A DNA stretch of 64,000 nucleotides. Origin: Mobula hypostoma (Eukaryota). Each line of letters starts with the position of its first letter. The stretch's first letter is position 1. The DNA lies in assembly GCF_963921235.1 (NCBI RefSeq), contig NC_086097.1, forward strand, positions 125,924,001 to 125,988,000, given 5' to 3'. This document shows, piece after piece, positions 52,955-64,000 of the stretch. The notes under the pieces are model-generated. The model saw nothing but the letters and a program-made list of their open reading frames with translations. It had not been told where the DNA came from and did no database searches. Made by a program: the position numbers and the translations under genes.

Positions 52955-54126
52955 CAGCGGTCCCCAACCACCGGGCCACAAAGCATGCGCTACCGGGCCG
53001 TGAGGAAACAATATGATTTGGCGATATGAGTCAGCTGCACTTTTCCTCATTCCCTGTCACGCACTGTTGAGTTTGAACGCATGCGAGGTCATTACCTGCA
53101 TGTCATCCATGTCAGCGCGGGAAAAAGATCAACTCCTTGAGCTTGCAAATGTCGGAGGGCTGAAAAGTATGTTTGACATAACATCTCTGCCGGCATTCTG
53201 GATCAAAGTCAAGGCTAAATATCCTGAGATAGCCACAAAAGCACTGAAAACGTTGCTTCCATTTGGAACATTTTTCTGCGAAGCAGAGTTTTCTTCAATG
53301 AATGCAACAAAAACTAAATTGCAGAATAGACTGGACATGAGGAACCCCCTTCGAGTATCGCTGTCTCCCAACACCCCTCGATGGCACCGTCTTATTGCAG
53401 GGAAACAAGCCCAGGGCTCCCACTGATTCAGCGATATTGGTGTGTTGCAATGATTTTATATGTTCACACAGGGAAAATATGTGCTGTGTGTTTAATATCC
53501 AAACGTTACTTAAAATGTTATGATGCTATTGACTTATACGTGACTTATATAACCATATAATTACAGCACGAAAACAGGGCATCTCTGCCCTTCTAGTCCG
53601 TGCCGAACGCTACTCTCACCTAGTCCCACCGACCTGCACTCAGCCCATAACCCTCCATTCCTTTCCTATCCATATACCTATCCAATTTTTCTTTAAATGA
53701 TAATATCGAACCTGCCTCTACCATTTCTACTGGAAGTTCGTTCAACACTTACTCCAAGCTCCCCTGTCCTCCCTTGATAATGAAATTATCTGTATATTCA
53801 TGCGAGGAAAATATGCGCTGTGTGTTTAATATTAAATTCGTTAGATAAACCCTTTTAGAAACAAAATTGAGTGTATTAGCCACTTATCAGCGATATTCCG
53901 GTTTTGATTAACACTCCCCCCCACTGAACAGAATCACCAAAAACGATTTGCAGAAAAAAAATCGGCAGGTACACATGGTTATTGTAGTCTTTCTCGTGGT
54001 AAACACAACATATTGATTGCAACTCTTGTCCGTTGGCAACCCTACCCCGCCCCCCACCCCCCAGCCGGTCGACCGGTCCGCAAGAATGTTGTCAATATTA
54101 AACCGGTCCGCAGTGCAAAAAAGGTT
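52955..54126 (+). mobile_element. Second Charlie/Buster deletion derivative, right TIR truncated, with a CR1 3' end insert (~53543-53750, minus)
   Basis: CAGCGGTCCCCAACC left TIR; ORF 53013-53426 closely matches 22271-22750. Confidence 0.9.
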
Positions 54127-54302
54127 TAAAAGTTTTGTTCAAAATGTCATTTTAAAATTAAGCATCTCTTAATCATTTCCATTTTATTTTAAATTCTTTA
54201 TAGATATCTATATATTTCTATGTCAACGATCCTTAGAAACATTAAAATTTGTTGACAGCTGTCAAAATCTTCCAAACCGCTCTCTCTTCCATCTCCTAAT
54301 GA

Positions 54303-57300
54303 GGCCTGTGGAAGCGGCCAGTGAGTGAGTGGCCCAGTGAAGGAGTGGAGCTTTGAGGCTTTGACTCGAGAGGCTTCGACGAGAAGAGGTGGAGGACGAG
54401 CTTGCTCCCAGTTAGTCTTTACAATGTCTCCTGAGATGGTGATGTGCTTCTCATGTGAGATGTGGGAGTCTTGGGGGAACACCCCTCTCCCACAGAGTCA
54501 CATCTGCCAGAAATGCATGCGGCTGGGCGATCTGGAAGACCGTGTAAGGAATCTGGAGCAGCAGCTGGATGACCTTCGACTCATGAGGGAGAATGAGGCA
54601 GTCATAGATGAGAGCTACAGGGAGGTAGTCACACCTAGGCTGTCGGAAGCAGGTCGTTGGGTGACAGTCAGAGGGGAGAAAGCGAAGGGGAGCAGACAGG
54701 TAGTGCAGAGCACCCCTGTAGCCATTTCCCTGAATAATAAGTTTACCGTCCCGGATACTGTTGGCAGGGACAACCGACCAAGTGTGAGCCACTGTGGCAG
54801 GGCCTCTGGCACTGAGTCTGACCCGGTGGTGCAAAACATGGGATGGAGAAGAGGAGAGCTGTTGTCATTGGAGACTCTATAGTCAGGGGAACAGACAGGA
54901 GATTTTGTGGACGTGAGAAGGACACCCGCATGGTTTGTTGCCTCCTGGGTGCCAGGGTCCGGGATGTCTCTGACCGGGTGCACGACATCCTGGTACGACA
55001 GGGAAAGCAACCAGAAGTCATGATACATGTTGGGACCAACGACATAGGCAGGAAGAGGGATGAGGTCCTGAAGTGTGAGTTTTAGGAACTAGGCAGAAGG
55101 CTGAAGAACAAGACCTCAAGGGTGGCGTTCTCAGGATTGCTGCCAGTGCTACGTGACAGTGATGATAAAAATTGGAGGAGATGGCAGTTGAATGTGTGGC
55201 TGAGGATTTGGTGCAGGGAGCAGGGTTTTAGATTTTTGGATCATTGGGATCTCTTCTGGGGAAGGTGGGAGCTGTACAGATTGGATGGGTTGCACCTGAA
55301 CCCAAGGGGGAGCAATTCAGGAGGGTTTGAACTAATCTGCAAGGGGGATGGGACCCGGAGCGATGGAGCAGTGAAAGAAGTGCATGGAGTAAAGCCAGAT
55401 CTAACATGTAGAGAGATTTGAGGAAAGAGAAGCAGAATAAACAGTGTAAAGACAGTAAGGTAGAAGGGCTGAAATGTGTGTACCTCAATGCAAGAAGCAT
55501 CAGGAACAAAGGTGATGAACTGAGAGCTTGGATTCATACATGGAATTATGATGAAGTGGCCATTACAGAGACTTGGCTGGCACCAGGGCAGGAATGGATT
55601 CTCAATATTCCTGGATTTCAGTGCTTTAAAAGGGATAGAGAGGGCGGAAAAATGGGAGGAGAGGTGGCATTACTGGTCAGGGATACTATTACAGCTACAG
55701 AAAGGGTGGGTAATGTAGCAGAATCCTCTTTTGAGTCAGTATGGGTGGAAGTCAGGAACAGGAAGGGAGCAGTTACTCTATTGGGGGTATTCTATAGGCT
55801 CCCTGGTAGCAGCAGAGATACAGAGGAGCAGATTGGGAGGCAGATTTTGGAAAGGTGCAAAAATAACAGGGTTGTTATCATGGGTGACTTTAACTTCCCT
55901 AATATTGATTGGCACCTGATTAGTTCCAAGGTTTTAGATGGGGCAGAGTTTGTTAAGTGTGCCCAGGACGAATTCCTGTCACAGTATGTGGACAGGCCGA
56001 CTCGGGGGAATGCCGTACTAGATCTAGTACCAGGTAATGAACCAGGTCAGGTCACAGATCTCTCAGTGGGTGAGCATCTGGGGGACAGTGACCACCGCTC
56101 CCTGGCCTTTAGCATTATCATGGAAAAGGATAGAATCAGAGAGGACAAGAAAATTTTTAATTGGGGAAGGGCAAATTATGAGGCTACAAGGCTAGAACTT
56201 GCGGGTGTGAATTGGGATGATATTTTTGCAGGGAAATGTACTATGGACATGTGGTCGATGTTTAGAGATCTCTTGCAGGACGTTAGGGATAAATTTGTCC
56301 CGGTGAGGAAGATAAAGAATGGTAGGGTGAAGGAACCATGGGTGACAAGTAAGGTGGAAAATCTAGTCAGGTGGAATAAGGCAGCATACATGAGGTTTAG
56401 GAAGCAAGGATCAGATGGGTCTATTGAGGAATATAGGGAAGCAAGAAAGGAGCTTAAGAAGGAGCTGAGAAGAGCAAGTAGGGGGCATGAGAAGCCTTGG
56501 TGAGTAGGGTAAAGGAAAACCCCAAGGCATTCTTCAATTATGTGAAGAAAAAAAGGATGACAGGAGTGAAGGTAGGACTGATTAGAGATAAAGGTGGGAA
56601 GATGTGCCTGGAGGCTGTGGAAGTGAGCGAGGTCCTCAATGAATACTTCTCTTTGGTATTCACCAATGAGAGGGAACTTGATGATGGTGAGGACAATATG
56701 AGTGAGGTTGATGTTCTGGAGCATGTTGATATTAAGGGAGAGGAGGTGTTGGAGTTATTAAAATACATTAGGACGGATAAGTCCCCGGGGCCTGACGGAA
56801 TATTCCCCAGGCTGCTCCACGAGGCGAGGGAAGAGATTGCTGAGCCTCTAGCCAGGATCTTTATGTCCTCGTTGCCCACGGGAATGGTACCAGAAGACTG
56901 GAGGGAGGCGAATGTTGTCCCCTTGTTCAAAGAAGGTAGTAGGAATAGTCTGGGTAATTATAGACCAGTGAGTCTTACGTCTGCGGTGGGAAAGCTGTTG
57001 GAAAAGATTCTTAGAGATAGGATCTATGGGCATTTAGAGAATCATGGTCTGATCAGGGACAGTCAGCATGACTTTGTGAAGGGCAGATCGTGTTTAACAA
57101 GCCTGATAGAGTTCTTTGAGGAGGTGACCTGGCATATAGATGAGGGTAGTGCAGTGGATGTGATCTATATGGATTTTAGTAAAGCATTTGACAGGGTTCC
57201 ACACAGCAGGCTTATTCAGAAAGTCAGAAGGCATGGGATCCCGGGAAGTTTGGTCAGGTGGATTCAGAATTGACTTGCCTGCAGAACGCAGAGGGTTGTG

Positions 57301-58318
57301 GTGGAGGGAGTACATTCGGATTGGATGATTGTGACTAGTGGTGTCCCACAAGGGTCTGTTCTGGGACCTCTACTTTTCGTGATTTTTATTAACGACCTGG
57401 ATGTGGGGGTAGAAGGGTGGGTTGGCAAGTTTTCAGACGACACAAAGGTTGGTGGTGTTGTAGATAGTGTAGAGGATTGTCAAAGATTGCAGAGAGACAT
57501 TGATAGGATGCAGAAGTGGGCTGAGAAGTGGCAGATGGAGTTCAACCCAGAAAAGTGTGAGGTGGTACACTTTGGAATGACAAACTCCAAGGCAGAGTAC
57601 AAAGTAAATGGCAGGATACTTGGTAGTGTGGAGAAGCAAAGGGATCTGGGGGTACATGTCCACAGATCCCTGAAAGTTGCTTCACAGGTGGATAGGGTAG
57701 TTAAGAAAGCTTATGGGGTGTTAGCTTTCATAAGTCGAGGGATAGAGTTTAAGAGTCGCGAGGTAATGATGCAGCTCTACAGAAGTCTGGTTCGGCCACA
57801 CTTGGAGTACTGTGTCCAGTTCTGGTCACCTCACTATAGGAAGGATGTGGAAGCATTGGAAAGGGTACAGAGGAGATTTACCAGGATGCTGCCTGGTTTA
57901 GAGAGTATGCATTATGATCAGAGATTAAGGGAGCTAGGGCTTTACTCTTTGGAGAGAAGGAGGATGAGAGGAGACATGATAGAGGTGTACAAGATAATAA
58001 GAGGAATAGATAGAGTGGATAGCCAGCGCCTCTTCCCCAGGGCACCACTGCTCAGTACAAGAGGACATGGCTTTAAGGTAAGGGGTGGGAAGTTCAAGGG
58101 GGATTTTAGAAGAAGGTTTTTTATTCAGAGAGTGGTTGGTGCATGGAATGCACTGCCTGAGTCAGTGGTGGAGGCAGATACACTAGTGAAGTTTAAGAGA
58201 CTACTAGACAGGTATATGGAGGAATTTAAGTTGGGGGCTTATGTGGGAGGCAGGATTTGAGGGTTGGCACAACGTTGTGGGCCAAAGGGCCTGTACTGTG
58301 CTGTACTATTCTATGAAT
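54303..58318 (+). mobile_element. Essentially full-length CR1 LINE, inactivated
   Basis: ORF1 CFSC..HICQKC, GDSIV, HVGTND, DGLHLN; ORF2 APE (YLNARSI, ITETWL, GDFN), RT (SGVPQGSVLGP, FSDD), C-terminus and ATTCTATG tail; frameshift ~56500 and TGA at 57271. Confidence 0.95.
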
Positions 58319-58436
58319 TCTAACCCAGTGTCACTCCATTCTTTGGTCTGAGTCAAAAGTAAGATTAAAATTCCATAACTGGCTGAGCAGAAATCACAGG
58401 TGCTTCAGTAAAATCCAGGCCTCTCATACTATTGTA

Positions 58437-58602
58437 TGAGTCATTTAAAGTTAAATTGGACAGATATATGGACAGGAAAGGAATGGAGGGTTTTGAGCTG
58501 AGTGCAGGTTGGTGGGAATAGGATAGGGTAAGAGTTTGGCACGGACTAGAAGGGCCGAGATGGCCTCTTTCCATGCTGTAATTGTTATATGGTTATATGG
58601 TT
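58437..58602 (+). mobile_element. CR1 3' end with (GGTTATAT)n tail
   Basis: Same family as the insert at 53543-53750. Confidence 0.7.
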
Positions 58603-59304
58603 ACTATCTCTTCCAGGTGACCTCCCAAAATTACATGGAAAGTTATATAAAGTAATTATAATGTTTTTACTGCTGATTAGAATCATCGCCACAGTACTGT
58701 GTACCAAATAAATTATTCTGCAATGTAAAGAGAATCAAGGGTCCAATGTATCTTCAGATGGTAGATTTAAAGAATTGGCCAGCAATCAAATAAAACTTAA
58801 ATCACCCCAGTTACTGATGCTCTTTGGTTACTGGCCAGCTCTACATTTGTTAGGTATTTTACCCGTTATACAAGAAAGATCAAATAAATATGTGGGATTA
58901 ACCTTGAAATCAGAAACATCACGAAATATGTCATAGGGAATTTGGTGGTCCAGGACCTGTACTCACTGGAATAAATGAGTACATGCCCAGAGCGAATTAG
59001 AGGAATGAGTGGCGGACTCATTGAAGCCTGACTTTCAGCACTCTTCAACTTTGATCTGGCTCCATAACCCAAAGGCTAACTATAAAAGATTCTACAAGTC
59101 AAAGTTCTCAGTATTATTTATTTATGCTTTTATTTTTTTTATTTGCACGGTTTGTCTTATTTTGCACAATGGTTGTTTGTTCACCTTTGTGTGTATTTCC
59201 TCGTTGATTCTATTTGTTCTACTCTGAATACCTGCAAGAAAATGAATCTAAATGAAATTGTGAATGATATGTACTTTAATAATAAATTTACTTTGAACTT
59301 TCTA

Positions 59305-59680
59305 ACCTATCAAGTATTAAAAAGCCTATATAGCATGGACGTGGTGAGGATGTTTTCTAGAGTGGGGGAGTCTAGGAGCAGAGGGCACATTCTCAGAATA
59401 CAAGGACATCCCTTTGGAACAGAGATGAGGAGAAATTCCTTTAGCCGGAGGGTGCTGAATCTGTTGAATTCATTGCCGCAGAACGTTGTGGAGTACAAGT
59501 CATTGGGTATATTTAAAGCAGAGGTTGATAGATTAATGATTAGTAAGAGTGTCAAAGGTTATGGGGAGAAAGCAGAAGAATGGGTTGAGAGGAATAATAA
59601 ATCAGCAATGATTGAACAGGCAGAGCAGACTCAATCTCCGAATGGCCTAATTCTGCTCCTTAGTCTTTGTGGTTTTATGA
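59305..59680 (+). mobile_element. CR1 3' end
   Basis: RMFSRVGESRSRGH..RRVLNLLNSLP peptide. Confidence 0.75.
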
Positions 59681-60064
59681 TTGAAACTCTGCCTACAGCC
59701 TGTTAGTAAACTTACCAGTATGATTAAAAGTCTTACATCCGATCTGCATCTGCAGAGCAATGCACTTCCGTGCTGAAATATAATTCTGGATCAACTAGCC
59801 ATTCTCACTTGGTGAGTAGAGTTTACTCAGTCACTAGGGTACATAAGCTCATCACAGCTCACTTGAGTTCAGTAGATTATCAAACAAAACTCACTTCCAT
59901 TAAATGAGCTATTAATCAACAGTCAGAAAAAATGTAAATATTTTTTATTTATTATTAACATAAAATTGTCCACGCACTATTGGAAAGCAAGCCAGTAAAA
60001 ATTGGAAATAAAAAATGCACATGCCTGAAACTGAAATAAAAACAGAAAATGGGAGAAACATTCA

Positions 60065-60530
60065 AAGTCAAAGTAACTTTATTATCAAAGTACTACTCTG
60101 GGATTAATTTTCTTGCAGCATTTATAGGAAAATAAAGAAATACAGAAGAATTTATGAAAAGACTGACAAACAATTTGCAAAAGAAGACAAATAGTGTAAA
60201 TAAAACAAACAAATAAATAAATAATACTGAGAACATGAGTTGTAGAGTCCTCGAAAAGTGAGTTTGTAGGTTGGGGAATCAGTTCGGTGTTGAGCGAGTG
60301 AAGATATCCACGCTGGTTCAGGAGTCTGATGCTTGAAAGGTGATACCTATTCCCGATCCTGGTGGTGTGGGACCTAAGGCTCCTGTACCTCCTCCCAGGT
60401 GGTAGTAATGAGAAAAGAGCATGGTCTGGAGGCTGCTTTCTTGTGGCAGCACTGCTTGTAGGTGTACTCAATGGTGGGGAGTGCTTTGCCTGTGGTGGAC
60501 TGGGCTATATCCTACACTCTTTGCAGACCA
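60065..60530 (-). mobile_element. Rex1/Babar-type LINE 3' end
   Basis: HALFSLLPPGRRYRSLR peptide. Confidence 0.7.
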
Positions 60531-61597
60531 CTCAGTAGTTCAGACAACATATGTGGAAAGATAAACCCTAACCTTTAACTAGTAAGGTGGCTACTGAGAG
60601 TACGTTTGTGGTCTTCTGTTGCTGTAGCCCAACCATTCAAGGTTAGATGTGTTGTGCACTTCTGCACACCACTGTTGTAACACGTAGTTATTTGAGTTAT
60701 GTCATCTTCCTGTCAATGAACCAATCTGCCATTCTCATTAGAAGGCCTTTGGATCTCACTGTTGATCTCATCCGCCCAGTCCACTGGAGCAGACTTAATG
60801 TGCTAGGACAGGGATGTCCCTATCTCACTGGGGTAAGAGGCCCGCTAGCTACACTCACCCTGATGAAGTGGTGTGACCGCTGTCGCATGCAAACAGCTAG
60901 TTGGAGCCACAGCTGAGACCTGAGTGTCTGATGGAGACAAAAGCTGAATGAGCTGTCACAGAATGGACACAACATGCCCCTTCTCCAGAGGTGCTACCCC
61001 TCCCTGGACACCCCATACACCTAACCCCCTTGATATACAAGCTGTTCCACTTTATTTTTATTTATTCCATCACAGGGCATAGACATTACTGGCATTATTG
61101 TCCAGCCTAATTGACCCAAATAAGGGACAGTTACACTGTATGCTCTGGAGTCACAGTGGCCTGATCAAGCTAGAATGACTGATTTCTCTTTCTTGAAGGA
61201 CATGAGTAAACTGATTGCTTATTTTATGACTATACAATAATTTTAGGATCAATGTTATTGAGGCTAGAATTGTTTAAATAAAAAGAAAATCTAAGTTTAC
61301 TCAATTATTCAAAATCAAATCCCCCAGCATGGTATTCAAACATATGTCTCTCAGTTAAGACTCCAGAACCCCAATCTCTAGCCCAGCAACCATTGTGTCT
61401 ACTTGCTTACTTTGGGAAAATGAATGCTAATACTGAACATAAACCAGCCTGATATCAAAAATTGTAATTTTGCTTCCTAAATACTTCTGGGTATATCTTA
61501 TGGACTTGTGGCTGCTTATCTTGAAAATCACCATAAAATTTCCCTATCACACACCATTTTATTTTGTATTTGCTTCTGTTTGTTATTTCAATTCATA

Positions 61598-62255
61598 ATT
61601 CAAGTCAGATTAACTCATGCCAAGATTAAGGGAGGCATTTTTGTTGGTCCACAAATCAAACAGGTCATCAATGACAGGCAATTTGAAGAACTTTTAGAGG
61701 GATCAGAGAAAATCACATGGAAGGCATTCAAGGATGTTGTTGAAAATGTTCTTGGCAACTACAGAGCACCAAACTACGTGCAGCTGGTTGACAACATGTT
61801 TCAAGCATACAAAAGCTTTAATTGCAGCATGTTACTAAAGATTAATTTTCTGCATTCCCATTTAGGCTTCTTCCCTGCAAATCTTGGCGTTATCAGTGAC
61901 GAACATGGTGAAAGGTTTTACTAGGACATTGCGGTCATGGAGAAACACAGTATCAGGGTAAATGGAATCCAACAATGTTGCTGATTATTGTTACATACTT
62001 AAACAAGAAGCCTCAGACACTGAGTACAAATGAAAAGCATCAATAAAACATTTTTAGCTTCATTGAACTATTGCAAAGTGCAGCACCGTTATATAATTAA
62101 TGGCATTATATTCAATAAAAGTTATCCAAATTTTTCTATTTCTCCAAATTCCTATGTGATGCAAGTAGTCTGAAATCATATCTGCATTCGGGTCTATCAT
62201 AAACAAAACACATTTCTGAGTAAGCAACACTTTCAAAAAAAATTGTTGTCCAGTG
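61598..62255 (+). mobile_element. Chapaev3-like DNA transposon 3' fragment
   Basis: AKIKGGIFVGPQI..FLHSHL..SDEHGERF peptide; terminus reads CACTGGACAACAATTTT on the minus strand, followed by TTA. Confidence 0.75.
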
Positions 62256-62918
62256 TTACCTTTTCCTTGTGATCGAAATGCAGTTCTTATTAGTTTAATG
62301 TATGAAAAAATTAATCTACAATCATTTAAAAATTATGATAGATAATTTAACCACTCTACTACTGTCCCAATTGTAAAATAAACTCTTTCTGGACAATTTC
62401 CATGGCATCTTCTAACTGTTTCAGGTTCTTCTATTAAGAAGAAAAGCCTAAAGGACTTTGGGAAAAGCAATTAAGTTATTTCCTAAATATTTAATTGCAT
62501 TTGTTAAATGTGAACGTAGTCTATTTCTTCATTTCCTTGTTCATTTAGGGTTAGTGAGTTGAAGGCATGCTATAGAAACATCGGAAGCGTGGCGACACTT
62601 ACAGGCTGCCCCCAACACAATCCCTGTTAATTTGACCCAATGGACACATTTCACTGTCTATTTTGATGTTTCAATGTATATGTGACAAATTAAGCTAACC
62701 TTTACTCTCTCTAATTGAATGGGCAAAATCATGACAAATAAATGCAGAAAAATTGGAAATTGTCTATTTTGATAGAAAGAAGTTGAAATAGAGGGTACCT
62801 TTTAAGTGTGGTGAAATGAAAAGGTGTTGGTGCACAACAGAACCTATGTGTGTATATACAGGGACATCAAGCCACTCAGAAGACAAATGGTATGTTGGTT
62901 TCTATTGTTGAGTACAAA

Positions 62919-63505
62919 TGTAAAATCATCTGGTTCTGTCAGCTGTGTAAGTCTAGGGAAGACACCCTCTGGCCCCGTCAAACGTGAGATTGAAGTGCAA
63001 GCCCCTCAAATCCCTCTGTTGAGTGGATGCTGCGTAATTTGTTACCCTGTTACAAATAAGTACCACAAAATAACAGACCGTACACTGCATACAATTAAAA
63101 GATTTAGCTTTATAATTCTTAATTTGATAAAGGGTCAGTAAGGAAAAAGCAAAAAAAGAAAAGTGCCCATTTTAATGAAACAGTCTAATGTGCAAAAGTT
63201 GGAGCTCACAATTTCCCTTTTGCTGATCCTTCTTCAATTTCCCTGGGCTTCATCGAATCACAGCCCCACTCTGGATCAACTCCTCCGACTTCTTCTCTCT
63301 GCCGTCTTCTCTCTTCTCCCCTCTCTAAAGCTCCAAGCCCAACCTTAGTGTCCCTCACCAGAGAAACCTCTCCTGAATCCGTTCATCCCAATTGGATGGC
63401 TCTCCTATCTCTTATCTTCAATAGTAACCCAAACATGCAGCTTACACAGAGAACACGAAAGCATAACAGAGAAAAAATATGAACCATGTGAACCAAGGCA
63501 TTACA
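62919..63505. mobile_element. Possible solo LTR inserted in a CR1 fragment
   Basis: TGTAA...TTACA ends; CR1-like sequence on both sides; no matching TSD. Confidence 0.35.
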
Positions 63506-64000
63506 TATGTTACTGCAGTTAGATAGAAATCCAGTAACACCACTCCTATAATATTTTGTGCAGGTCGGTCTCCATACCTAACACTTGTGATAGAGGAAGT
63601 GCAATGAATTTCACCAAACTGATTGTTGGGAAAGGAAATTTAGACCATAAGACATACAGTAGGAGCAAAATTAAGCTATTCAGCCCAAAAGGGCTGCTCC
63701 ACCATTCCTGCTAATTTATTATCCCTCTCAAGCCCATTCTCCTGCCTTCTCCCCTTTGACACCCTTAATACTCAAGAACCAATCAACCTCCAATTTAAAT
63801 ATACCCTTTAAGAATTGAGAAATGATTAAGCTAGTACTCAGAAGCATGAGAGGTGACCTTAATGAAACAGGCAGTATTTCTAAAACAGGGCAAAAGAAAA
63901 GATAACATCTCTCTAAGCTGTTGGGCTTTGAACTAGAGATCATAAACTCAAGATAAGGGGTAAGCCATTCAGGGCATTTTAAGAAAAGAAACTGCTTCTC

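Noticed and set aside
60858..60900. CTGATGA followed by a short stem as a hammerhead
   Set aside because: No correctly placed GAAA or closing stem I.
1..64000. CRISPR array, rRNA or prokaryotic/viral system
   Set aside because: No repeat-spacer arrays, operons or rRNA signatures; spliced vertebrate locus.

Overview
Repeat-rich vertebrate genomic DNA, most likely from a cartilaginous fish (ray/shark, inferred from the CR1, Penelope and V-SINE repeat mix). The only host gene I can support is UBR5 (HECT E3 ligase, minus strand): a CpG-island promoter at ~40.1-40.55 kb and coding exons 1-3 (40085-40024, 21707-21663, 14340-14259) that splice in phase to [64 protein letters not shown] did not find exon 4; it probably lies beyond position 1. 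Most other ORFs are transposon remnants: a decayed near-complete Penelope element (RT + GIY-YIG) nested in a hAT MITE nested in a Charlie/Buster element, two large CR1 LINEs, Rex1/Babar-type LINEs, an L1 3' end, a Helitron with 23-aa STPR-type repeats, a Chapaev3-like fragment, a Tigger-like MITE and several SINEs. The most notable structures are intact minimal hammerhead ribozyme cores in the Penelope terminal repeats, two of them forming a perfect 95-bp-arm palindrome in a UBR5 intron. All family names are by recognition, not database search.
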